A DNA stretch of 64,000 bases from Nitrososphaerales archaeon (GTDB lineage Archaea; Thermoproteota; Nitrososphaeria; Nitrososphaerales; UBA213), in assembly GCA_965197925.1 (NCBI GenBank), contig CBDAOC010000020.1:224001-288000 (forward strand), given 5' to 3'. A model generated the notes under the pieces. It had not been told where the DNA came from. It did not search any database and saw only the letters and a list, made by a program, of their open reading frames with translations. Shown piece after piece: positions 10,501 to 19,700 of the stretch. The position numbers and the translations under genes were made by a program. How positions within the stretch are numbered: position 1 is the stretch's first letter; each line of letters starts with the position of its first letter.

Positions 10501-12072
10501 GTAGTCAAGAACGGGAAAAGTAGAAACCCCCCAGCTGTTGTTTATTATATCAGCACTATGCCTTCCAGTATATTTCCAGTTTCCATCCTTGTCCTGGTCA
10601 AACCCCGACACCCACAACCAGCCATAAACCACATCTCCATACCACAGCGCCTTTACGGGAATTATCTTCGCATTAGGAGCAACTCCTTTCAAATTGTACT
10701 TCGTGGAGTTCTTGTAAACATCATAAAGATCATCACCGCTTGAAGCAACCGATGCTGCACTTCCCGTCCCATGCCCAAGAAAGTCAAACATCACACCAAA
10801 GTAATTACCATCAGGATCCAAGGGCTTCAGAAGAGTTCCATTGACAACGCCGATATATCTGTCGACCTCTGCCTCTTCTTCCTTTATTGCACCCCAGACA
10901 TCAAGCACATGTGCTCCTACCATTCCAGCCGTTAAATCAAAGTTACCATCATCGTCAGCATCATATGCAAGAAATTCTTCCCGGTCGCCAAGCTTAATGC
11001 GTTTTTCATCAGTAAATGAATAATCAAACTCGGCTTGATCTTGATTATTCCTAAGTTCATGCTTGGTAAAATCCGCCCATGCTGAGGACATATCAGCAAT
11101 TACAGTGTCATAAACACCTGGCTTATCACTGTCAACTACTAGTACCGGTATTATTATTAATCCAGCCCTACCAAGGTGGAATTGTACCTGTAAGACGAAC
11201 CCCATTTTATACTCCCCGCTCATTGAGTGTATAAAATCCTCAGTGCTTTCTCCTATCTTCCAGTTCTTGTTTGAAGTTGCGTTAATTATCAATGGTGATA
11301 TCAATGGATATATAGAATTGTAGACCTCAAATTTAGTTCCATTAGCTTGATGGCTCAGGTTAAGAAATATTCCATCGTCTGTGATATACACATTGCCAGT
11401 GTATTCATCTTCGTCCTCTGGAAGTGTACTGTTAAGAAGGTTTCCTAGTGGAGTTACGTTAGCTATAAACTTCGTCTTTGTTAAAACAATTCCCTGGCCG
11501 TCAGCGTCGAGCATTATGGGCCTCCTGTTGACATCTCTTGCTACAGCATGCATAAGATCCACATTGGAAAAGTCAGTGCCCGTATCAACGATTGCAACCT
11601 TCACACCTTTACCTGTAAGACCATGATCCTTGCTCGCAACTTCTGATCCAAGTATTTCGCCCAGACGGGATGCATCCTTTATCTGATCGAACTCAAGGTT
11701 TACATCCCTTTTGATCTCCAAACCTTGTGATTTCAGCATTGGTAGATTTCTGGTTGTTGTTGCTCCAAAGGCCAAGTAACCATCTTTGGTCTTCAGTTGA
11801 TGTGAAACATGTACCTTGTCGGCAATGCTCTCTATGCTCCCAATACCCTTGATAATGACCCTCACTGTCTCAGGATTATATGAAATACCTGCTGAAGATA
11901 AATCCAAGAGTTCTGAATTCATTCGCAGTGAATAATCTGTAGGTAATACATTATTAAGAGATTCATATTCATACAAAGCACCGGCCTTCGGTACATCTTG
12001 TATAAATATGCCTAGAAGTATAGGCACCAGTATAATTGATATCAACCTGTAGCGCAAAACCATAATACGCAC
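7513..12072 (-). CDS. Large membrane-anchored S8 (subtilisin-like) serine protease with C-terminal Ig-like domains
   Basis: Triad motifs IVDTG, GHGT and GGTSMA; oxyanion SAGN; signal peptide; repeated VDNTxP...AED-AGN domains; C-terminal TM helix plus basic tail. Confidence 0.92.
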   Translation of the reverse strand: MRIMVLRYRLISIILVPILLGIFIQDVPKAGALYEYESLNNVLPTDYSLRMNSELLDLSSAGISYNPETVRVIIKGIGSIESIADKVHVSHQLKTKDGYLAFGATTTRNLPMLKSQGLEIKRDVNLEFDQIKDASRLGEILGSEVASKDHGLTGKGVKVAIVDTGTDFSNVDLMHAVARDVNRRPIMLDADGQGIVLTKTKFIANVTPLGNLLNSTLPEDEDEYTGNVYITDDGIFLNLSHQANGTKFEVYNSIYPLISPLIINATSNKNWKIGESTEDFIHSMSGEYKMGFVLQVQFHLGRAGLIIIPVLVVDSDKPGVYDTVIADMSSAWADFTKHELRNNQDQAEFDYSFTDEKRIKLGDREEFLAYDADDDGNFDLTAGMVGAHVLDVWGAIKEEEAEVDRYIGVVNGTLLKPLDPDGNYFGVMFDFLGHGTGSAASVASSGDDLYDVYKNSTKYNLKGVAPNAKIIPVKALWYGDVVYGWLWVSGFDQDKDGNWKYTGRHSADIINNSWGVSTFPVLDYGPGYDVLSFLSSLLSVPGAIGDEFPGKLMVNSAGNTGFGYGTLGSPSSAPFALTVGATTNNVFVGYDFTMNEPRFGNSTTHYDDIAGFSSRGPSMLGDVKPEVMSIGAYGFVPMPPNTKHLENATGAFGLFGGTSMAAPLAAGTAALVMEALRNETMEVNPFIVKSILMSTADDLRGEPFVQGAGRVNATTAAEYIKGMNGKFLVYTNDTYSNIVNLLKKSIDNYEIMGLGNQSTSVPKGNQTLIIPDGNYTLSFPERNLQDSKWYAGYVNRGESKETTLQVVNRSDKGFTVNLKATALQLIKQKSINGTTEVREKDPLLNDTNKGFAPNYVKLDEMIPEDTEIMIVKAYFPFESFQNSTEMIYANSLRIASLYFYDWNDKNEDEEVSFDELSMVNRGGSWGTVQEVMISDPTSRIKNTPLLGVYPVPTIYSYWSGDTRQNSTALNYTLSVAFYKKGDWDLLSLDTENIEMAPNSQRVFQARLDVPEDAVPGIYQGFITVESKTHTTNIPVSYVVPITVTSKDIPLVVSGEPRNDLLYDNASITGSFNMLSRYTAGDWRYYHFNITDATINAINMKITWKNNWTSVNAMMTDPSGKIIASSVPAGVFKVFLGWPSNDWLGTTRYSEGGGFYPASNHGNTTTVLYVPVNSTGIHTLMLHTTLFHGKELMEPIMIESKFTTLLPDTKVPEMTIEFPEYVRDLVEIPIDIVDENLEDVTYSINGSERVSLGENRTIILDTRSMVEGYHRLSIVASDTVGHTVYEDLIFAVDNTDPEVSIRSPEYGSVVAGSFDVISDVFDSTLKVFTVTLPNGTRIDDDKSLTIDTVELTDGKYDIVVTAEDGAGNLAEETVEFKVDNTAPLVSIINPSDGETVAGILNVEYDVMDENLNNVTIVMGGRSIDSGDSGSYEIDTTTLFDKEYVLEVIAEDRAGNIGSTSVKMVTENMGPTLLSAQEEGIEIGTKIGIEKGLLMGLIVGLAIGGGATGAVLLVKHRKRTS

Positions 12073-12189
12073 ATCAAAATTAATTGACGAGCTATTTTTA
12101 TTCTTATCTAGCCAATACCAAGAAAATTAAGGTTTAATTACCAATGCCTAAATAAAAAGGCATTGCAGAAGCAAAGGGGCCAAACAAGG

Positions 12190-12470
12190 CGACGAGCAAA
12201 TAAACACCTCCATTATACTCCAAATGATTTATTCGCTCAAGATGAAGTTTTAGAGCTCATAAACATATGTCATCACCCAGAAAGGGCAAAGCGTTAATAG
12301 CAATCCTGTACGATGCGCTAACCGCATGAAGCTCTAAAGTTACGGATGGGTGATATTCAATTCCATGAAAACTATGCATTGGCCTATCCTGAAGAAGCAA
12401 AAACAGGTAGCAGAGCCGTTCCAATAATATTCTCTTACGCCTATCTTAGAGATTGGATAAACTCGCACCA
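12190..12470 (+). pseudogene. Degenerate tyrosine recombinase (integrase) fragment
   Basis: Stitched frames read YTPNDLFAQDEVLELINICHHPER/KALIAILYDA/PHEALKLRMGDIQF...KTGSRAVPIIFSYAYLRDWINSH, covering box I and the catalytic Lys region; several indels and no C-terminal Tyr box. Confidence 0.7.
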
Positions 12471-12666
12471 ATTTTTGTGCGGCACCGTGGTTTGTTTCGA
12501 AGCGATCAGTGCAGGTACAAAACCAAACCGGCAATGCACTTGCACTACATGAACCCATATTTAATGTTCGAGAAACTCAAAGAAATGCCAAACCACAAGC
12601 TGAATAAACTGTACCGGAACCCCTATAAGGCATATTCCAAATTAACAGAACATGCTAGATCCGTAC

Positions 12667-12686
12667 TATATACAGATTTGTATATA
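12667..12686. repeat. Palindrome TATATACA-GATT-TGTATATA immediately after the ATPase stop codon
   Basis: Perfect 8-bp inverted arms with a 4-nt spacer; the same motif occurs twice at 13936-13973. Confidence 0.8.
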
Positions 12687-12692
12687 TAAATC

Positions 12693-13928
12693 TCAATCTA
12701 CAGTGAATGATCGTTCACTGTATGATTCTCTAGTGAATGATCCTCGTCTACTTTGACGTTTTGATAACCAGTCTGAAAACACCGGATCAGCTATCCTATA
12801 GCTAGCTGCCGTATACTTCTCAACAACATCTGCATTAATAAGCCTGTCCAGTATTTGAGGAACGCTAGATATTGGTTTCCTCAGTTCAGTTGCTATCGAA
12901 GTGGGACTAGAGTTCCCTTTAGAGAGGGCGATCAATGTATTTTTCTCAAAGTCGGAAAACAAGGTAAAATAAGTGGTAAATTCTCCATCAAATTGCATTA
13001 GCATTTCTTCATAACAGGCTTCAACTTTGTCTCCCTCTATGTTGCGCCAACCTTTTCCAGAAAGGGATTTTAGATACATGTTCAACCCTAATTGTTGAAC
13101 ATAATATGGAAATCCACTACTATGATATACAACCTTATCTAACGCCGTGTTAGAAATGTCAAGTTTGACTTTTGCAAGTCTAGTTTTTACGAACTTCCGT
13201 ACAACCTCTTCCGGAAGCCTCTTCACCTGGATTTCGGTTAACTGCCTATAAAAGGGAGAACGTTGTCTGTAGACAATGTTCCTTATCATTGTAGGGGCTG
13301 AACCTGTAAAGGCATATGCAACCCTCTCTTGCGATTGTGCAATAGTTCGAAGCAATTTAAGGAAATCATCACCCCACTTGAGAAGTTCCTGAAATTCGTC
13401 CATCATAATTATGAATGAAACTTCCCTTGTCCGGGCCAGTTCTTCAGGATACTTCAATGCAGATTGTAACAATTCATCTTCGTCAGCTTTTGTATCACTC
13501 CATTTTATCCTGAACTTAATATATTCTGCCAGTCCTACTTCAGATTCAGAAACATGTTTTTCAGCCCATTCAAATCCTTTTTTCACAAAGGACGACAACT
13601 TTTGTTTATAGGCTTTGTCTCCGCTAAGTTTAACATAAGTATCAGATACTGTATCCATAAACTGTCTGGCAAATCTAGATTTGGTGGAAGTGCCCAAGCA
13701 GTCATAAATAACCGGGATAATTTTTCCTCTTTTGGTACTGATTTGTCTGGCAACATTGTAAAGTAATGATGTCTTTCCAACTCTTCGCAAACCTATAATC
13801 ATAATGTTGTTAATTTTACCCGAGGCGACGCCTAACAATAACGTCTTGACTTTCGCAAGTTCATCTTCACGATTGATGAAATACTCACCGCTTACAGGTT
13901 TTCCTACTATGAAAGGAAAGTCATTCAT
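12693..13928 (-). CDS. Archaeal AAA/STAND-type ATPase (ATPase_2-like) with C-terminal winged helix
   Basis: PF..GKPV...FINRE, Walker A GLRRVGKT, Walker B IMMDEFQ, GFPYYVQ, and C-terminal wHTH ending YRIADPVFSDWL. Confidence 0.9.
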   Translation of the reverse strand: MNDFPFIVGKPVSGEYFINREDELAKVKTLLLGVASGKINNIMIIGLRRVGKTSLLYNVARQISTKRGKIIPVIYDCLGTSTKSRFARQFMDTVSDTYVKLSGDKAYKQKLSSFVKKGFEWAEKHVSESEVGLAEYIKFRIKWSDTKADEDELLQSALKYPEELARTREVSFIIMMDEFQELLKWGDDFLKLLRTIAQSQERVAYAFTGSAPTMIRNIVYRQRSPFYRQLTEIQVKRLPEEVVRKFVKTRLAKVKLDISNTALDKVVYHSSGFPYYVQQLGLNMYLKSLSGKGWRNIEGDKVEACYEEMLMQFDGEFTTYFTLFSDFEKNTLIALSKGNSSPTSIATELRKPISSVPQILDRLINADVVEKYTAASYRIADPVFSDWLSKRQSRRGSFTRESYSERSFTVD

Positions 13929-13935
13929 GAGTTTT

Positions 13936-13973
13936 TATATACATTTTTGTATATATATACATTTTTGTATATA
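13936..13973. promoter_or_regulatory. Two overlapping TATATACA-TTTT-TGTATATA palindromes upstream of the ATPase (TATA/operator or recombination sites)
   Basis: Copies at 13936-13955 and 13954-13973, 8-45 nt upstream of the ATG at 13928. Confidence 0.6.
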
Positions 13974-14304
13974 AAAGGAAAAACCGCTCATAACCAGTAT
14001 AAGGCATTCCCGGACTCTTGTTTACTAACAACCAGGCTAAAGGATGTAACGACACTTCATGTTTATGTTGATGGTTCAGGATCCCAAATCACGATGATAA
14101 TGTTAATTTGCCTTTTATTATTTGTGCCCTGTTGCATAACTATGAAATCCATTACTGAATAACGAAACTATTCTGTTGTTGCGGTGCGAATTTCTGGATT
14201 GTATTTTCAATTATTTAATCACGGACAAAAAATTGCAGAATTTCTGAATTGTGCAAAGCAGATCTGACTAAAGTAAAGACCTAGTTCAAGAAAAGTTGAA
14301 TGAG

Positions 14305-15028
14305 TCATACTACTTTAAAGGTCATTTCCGCAAATGCCTTCGGTTCGCTCACTTTTACAATATATGTACCCATTTCGGCGTCATGCAACACGTGGAGTGC
14401 TTGGAAGCTGCCTTTCTGATCCGTATGTTCCCCTATCTTTACCTTCTGACCAGATGGTGTGTGGATTGTAATTGTTATCTTTGAATTTGGTTCCAAAATA
14501 CCGGATATCAGCATCTTATCACCCTTTCTTGTAGAAGATCTTGTCATTTGTTACTGTTACACCCATTGCGTTGATATAGGTGGAGTCAGTTCCTCTTAGA
14601 TTGTTTAGCGTCTGTTTTACTACTGCCCTTGCATCGTCCATCGCTATTATGGATCCCGTTCTATCTTTCGCAGTCCACGATATTATGGAATTCACGTTAT
14701 CTGTATTTATGAATAATATATCTCTCCCATTTGGAGATATTGGATTTTTTGTGGTCGTGGTGATTTGATTTGCTGAATCTTTCGATATTGTCCAGCCCTC
14801 ACTTCTCGCCGTTTCTACCAAACCATCAAGTAGTGTTATTTTCATCTCTTGAATTCCTGTTGCCATTTCATTTTTTATAAGTAATAATAGCATACCTTGC
14901 TTCTCTTTAGCATAAATATAGACAGAGTTTGCTTCTGCATTTGATACCCCTGCAACCGTTAGGAAGAGTATAAAGACTAATACCGAAGCCATTATTGCTC
15001 TTAATTTCATTGTAATTCTTTTGGTCAT
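14305..15028 (-). CDS. Secreted Ig-like hypothetical protein, split by one frameshift
   Basis: ORF 14519-15028 (signal peptide) ends NDKIFYKKG and ORF 14305-14547 continues KGDKMLISG...; removing one base from the CCC at 14522-14524 fuses them. Confidence 0.65.
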
Positions 15029-15105
15029 TCAAGACTTGAAGCGAAAAGTTCTATTTACACACAATGGTGTTAATTTGCTGAGTGGGCAGATGTGGTCGCT
15101 GATGA

Positions 15106-16074
15106 TTATTGTTGCCTAGTTTTTGCACGCTTTGAGAGCATAGTGGCCTGCAAAACCACTACAACAACGATCATTCCGATAACGGGCAGGAGCAAGGAGG
15201 AGACCTGTCCACTCGCTTGGCTAACCTTGTCGACAGATTCAGTTACCCTCTCAACGGCATCAGTTACACTCTGTACATCATCAGCCAATTGGTTATTTTT
15301 CTCAATAGTTTCTGCCCTCAACTTTTCAAGGTTCTCATTTACCCTAAGGATCTCCTTTCCCAGTGAAAGAACTCTACCTTCCTCCACAATTACGCCCTGG
15401 GCGTTGCTTGCTATGAGCCCCTGGTGGAAAGCCTCTACAAATATGGTATGATGTCCTTCAAGATTACTTCCGAAATCCGCCAAGTATATGCCATCATCAA
15501 TTGATGAAAAGTTATCGATTGGGCCGACCGTTCCATTGGGAAAGTAAATGCGTGAATCCTTGAGCGTCTCCTCTGCGCTTCCCATCACAAGTACACCATT
15601 AAGCAAAACTTCAACAATAATCTTCGCAGTTTCGTTCTTACCTATTACTGTGGGAACCGATACTTGTAGTTCTAACCTCCTTTCCTGTGATACGGCACCA
15701 GGCACCACATCCGTAAATTTGAATACCAAATTCGTTCTAAGTTCCTGGTCTAGGCTTGAGATCACCGTTAGAGTATAGACCCCAAACGGATAGCTCTCGT
15801 TTGGGTTTGGCCACTCCAACAAAATCTTAGAGAAACTTCCCTCTACTCCAACGTCTATCTGAGTCCTCGAGACAAGTCTTCCTTTTGGATTAAATAGTTC
15901 TGTTATCAAAGAATCATTTGGTAAACTCTTTCCAAATACTACAAGGGTATCCCTTGTTGTATACGATCTCTGGTTTGTGTTAGCCGTTATCCCTTGTGCC
16001 CAGGCTTCATGCATGAACGGTAATTGTGTCGAGAAAGTTGATGCTATCAAAACTATTGCAAGGACCACTAGCAT
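15106..16074 (-). CDS. Membrane-anchored surface protein (signal peptide, Ig-like region, coiled coil, C-terminal TM); possible S-layer stalk/anchor
   Basis: Hydrophobic N-terminus from MLVVLAIV, heptad-rich segment before the C-terminal TM helix; lies directly downstream of the S-layer gene. Confidence 0.65.
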   Translation of the reverse strand: MLVVLAIVLIASTFSTQLPFMHEAWAQGITANTNQRSYTTRDTLVVFGKSLPNDSLITELFNPKGRLVSRTQIDVGVEGSFSKILLEWPNPNESYPFGVYTLTVISSLDQELRTNLVFKFTDVVPGAVSQERRLELQVSVPTVIGKNETAKIIVEVLLNGVLVMGSAEETLKDSRIYFPNGTVGPIDNFSSIDDGIYLADFGSNLEGHHTIFVEAFHQGLIASNAQGVIVEEGRVLSLGKEILRVNENLEKLRAETIEKNNQLADDVQSVTDAVERVTESVDKVSQASGQVSSLLLPVIGMIVVVVVLQATMLSKRAKTRQQ

Positions 16075-16708
16075 CTGTTTGTATAACAAAATTCCAAAGC
16101 ACTTCCCCATATTACTGGTATACATGGCATTATTTGCATTTCCTAATTCAATAATTGAATGGTTAACTGCTACCATAAAAACATTACAAGTTATTAATAA
16201 AAAAGGATCCTGGTCGATTCTATTCCTGCTTTCATATTGGAATTATATTGGTTTAATGCTACTTTTCGCCACTCCCTCCCTGATTAGGAATTTAGCCAAA
16301 AGCATTACCCCATAACCTTCGTACACATCAAAAGATTAAAACGCATATCCACAAAGAAACTGATTACAATTGACCAGATCCATATAATCATATTATTCCT
16401 TTTACAAATACAAATCAATAAAAACAGAATCAATGTATCAAGCAAACCCTCTAAATATTAAAATTATCTATTGATTGTCATTAATTATTTTGTTTGAAGA
16501 TTCCAACAAATACATGCCACGCCCAAAGATTAATCCATGTCCTTACATTCTAAAGATACCCTTTGTCCCCGACAAATACATAACCAATCCAATTTCCTCT
16601 TAATCCTTGCTATTTACACGAATGAATTCTTGTATTTCCTTAAAATCAAAAGTATATTCAAGGGGTCTATAAAATATCTAGTGATACCATATCTTATGAT
16701 ACCACACT

Positions 16709-16727
16709 TAAAAATAAAAAAGAAAAA
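16709..16727 (-). terminator. U-rich archaeal terminator after the S-layer gene
   Basis: Minus strand reads TTTTTCTTTTTTATTTT just after the stop at 16741. Confidence 0.55.
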
Positions 16728-16740
16728 GGGGTTTTGTTTT

Positions 16741-19700
16741 TTACGACACGATTATTGTTGTTGTTCTTACTGGTGATAACGCTGTTGGTGTGTCAATGCT
16801 TTCCCATACGAATATTTCTACTACGTGTTCACCTTTTGCTTCTGGTATCCATGACTGGGCTACTGTAAGCGCCTCTGAAGGAGGAAGCTCACCTGATACC
16901 CACGATAGTGATACTGTAACTCCATTTACATCCTTTATCTGTACTATGTACGCGAATGGTTGTTTCTTCGTTTGTGAGTTTGCTATCGTACTCTGTACTA
17001 GTATTTGTGATCCAATTGACGCATCTTCTAGTATTGCACCTGTCTGATCTACTATATCTATTTCTGAAGCCACTGCACGCTCCAATAGTGCTACCGTAGC
17101 ACCCATCAAAGCACTTGCAAACAGCTCTTCTACCTCAACCGTGAATATCTCGTCTGCATCCAGCGCTGCTGGAGCTGGCAAGGTATTGTCAGTATACTTT
17201 GCTGTTATTGTGTCTCCTTCTGTTACTCTCAATCTTGTACCACTGCTCTCCTCATCTGGAGTAAATGTAATTATTTCCTCGAATATACCGGTTCTGTCTC
17301 CTGTCTCTCTAAGAGTGACCAGCAAGCCACCCCTGTCTGACGTAGACCAGAACCTCACACTGAGTGTGTCTATAGTGTCTGGGTTTTGATTCGCATCTGG
17401 GTCTATGACTCTCAATACTCCTCTCTCAACCATGCTGAAGGCATCCTTGTCGAACATTACCTGCCCAACATGGTAATTGACGAATACTGATTTTGTAGCG
17501 ACAGTATCAGAATCAATTCTGAATTCAATTGTGATACCATCCTCTCTTACTGCTCTGAGATCTCCAGGGAATCTATCCTTACTAGGTGTAAGATCAAAGT
17601 CTTCTTCGAAGATACCAGTGTTTGGACCGGACTCTGGGAAGGTATCTCTTCCTAGCGATTCACTTGAGCTTGATATCAACGGACTAATTGTCTCTATTCT
17701 GTCTGGGTCATTGTTGCTGTCGGGTGAGATGATGCTCACTATGACCTCATCGAATGGTGTGTACTCCTCCTTGTCGAATACAATCTCAGGCAATATTGCT
17801 ACCACCAAGAATGAATACTGGACTCGTATCTCTGAACCACCACCGGATGGTGTCTTGTCGAAGTAGAGCAATCTAGCTGTCTCTCCCCTATCAATCAATG
17901 AGTTGGTAAGTTCCTCTATAGCTACAACAAAGACTCCAGAGTTGAAGTCGGTCTCTCTGAACTTTGTCAGGTTAGTCCTTGTATCAGATAATTCATCTAT
18001 TACCGTTCCAAAGTCTCTTGCATCTGCTAGTGCACCAAACTCTGTGTCGAACTTGTCAGTTACGATATCCAATATCGAGAACTCAACTTCATCTATAGAC
18101 CTGCTGTCCAGATTGAAGTCTGGTTCCTCTATTAAGATCTCTAACCTGTCACCGAGACCATACTCTAGTCTATCGGTTCTAAGTCTTGCAGTGTTTGTCA
18201 GGAATGTTGCCAGTTCTTGCTCATCTTCAGACTCACCAGATTCATCTGATGGGTCGAAGTATGTTGCCTGAATAGGCAGGTTAGATGTAATAACCGGGTT
18301 ATCCAACGTTCCTGCGGTTAGTATGGATGGTAATGTCACCGGGAATCCAGCTTCTCTTGCAGGTCCTGGAAGTCTAACCTCAAACTCGAAGATGCCAGTA
18401 TTTGGACCGGTTTCCTCGGCAAATATTACCGGAACACCGTTCCTGTCAAGTAAAGGTAACACTGCTAGATTACTGCCTTCCCCAGTCGTGATTCCTTGAC
18501 CGAATCTATCATCCAATCTTGGATCCGCAGGAGTGCCATCAGCCGTTGTTATACCAACCGGAAGCATTGAGACGAGTCTGCCAGTGCCTGATTTGAATAT
18601 ATTGATTTCGAATATCGGTGCCAAATCTGCAAAGTCAGCATCGGTAACCAAGGCCGTTGCCAAATCTACTTCTCCAGCATTTGTCGTAACTTTGTCATGC
18701 TCAAAGCCGAATGTGGTTCCATCATCTGTATTAGCAAATTCACCTGTAACGATATCTGAAGTTACAACGAGCTGTCTCAGATCAATTCTCTCTCTAATGT
18801 CAACATTTGTGTTATAGTCGTTGTCATGTATTTCTTGGAACATTATTGAACCTGGTGGCATTGCTGCCCTATCCAGAACAACATCACCACGCGTGGTCCG
18901 TATGTTTGCAACATCGTCAAACTCCTGGGTGATGGATGATCTGTCTCTGATATCGATGTAGTTTATTTCAAAGTCCCTCTGCTGTGTTATTACTGATTCT
19001 GGTGGAGTGCCTGGTGTTCCTGGCGTTGCATCAAGCAGTATCTCTCTCGGCATGGTTACCTGTGCTACGAATTTACCTGTATTCGTACCTGTTTCCAGTA
19101 ATGTAGCATCTATTGCATCGAAGAACGAGCCAGGTGTTCCTGATGCACAGAATTCTTCATCTGTGCATACCCTCTCTTTACCTAACTCTAAGAAGACAAA
19201 GCTATCGATGGGTAGGTCGTACCTCTCTCGGGAATCTGGACTTCTGTTAAGGTCCTCATCCGTTATGGTCAGGAATGCATCCTGTCCAAATGAGAATGAA
19301 CTCCTATCCCATTCTATCATGCCGTCCCTGGTTTCGTAGATGAATGTTGCAGATACTTCCCTGAAGAAGTCTACAATGTCGGCATCAAAGTATGTGAACG
19401 CCAATCTGTTGGGTGGAATGAATCTGTTTGGTAACCATATCTTCACCGGATCACCTGTTAGAACGATGTCATCAATGACATCTGCTACTGTATCGAACTG
19501 CCTGAATGTGAGGAAATCAGCTCTTCCACTGAATATGCTGGAGTTGGATCCTTCTTCATCAAGCTCTAATCTATAGGCAACATTTGAGAATGTGGCACCT
19601 ATAGGTGAGGCTATATTGTCAGGGTTCGTATCGGTCGGTGCAGGATCAAACACTACACCCAGTCCAATTATATCCACCAGTATGTTGGAGGCCTGTGCAG

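Noticed and set aside
14050..14085. LHVYVDGSG resembling an RNase HI N-terminus
   Set aside because: Only about 9 residues match and nothing follows; too short to call.
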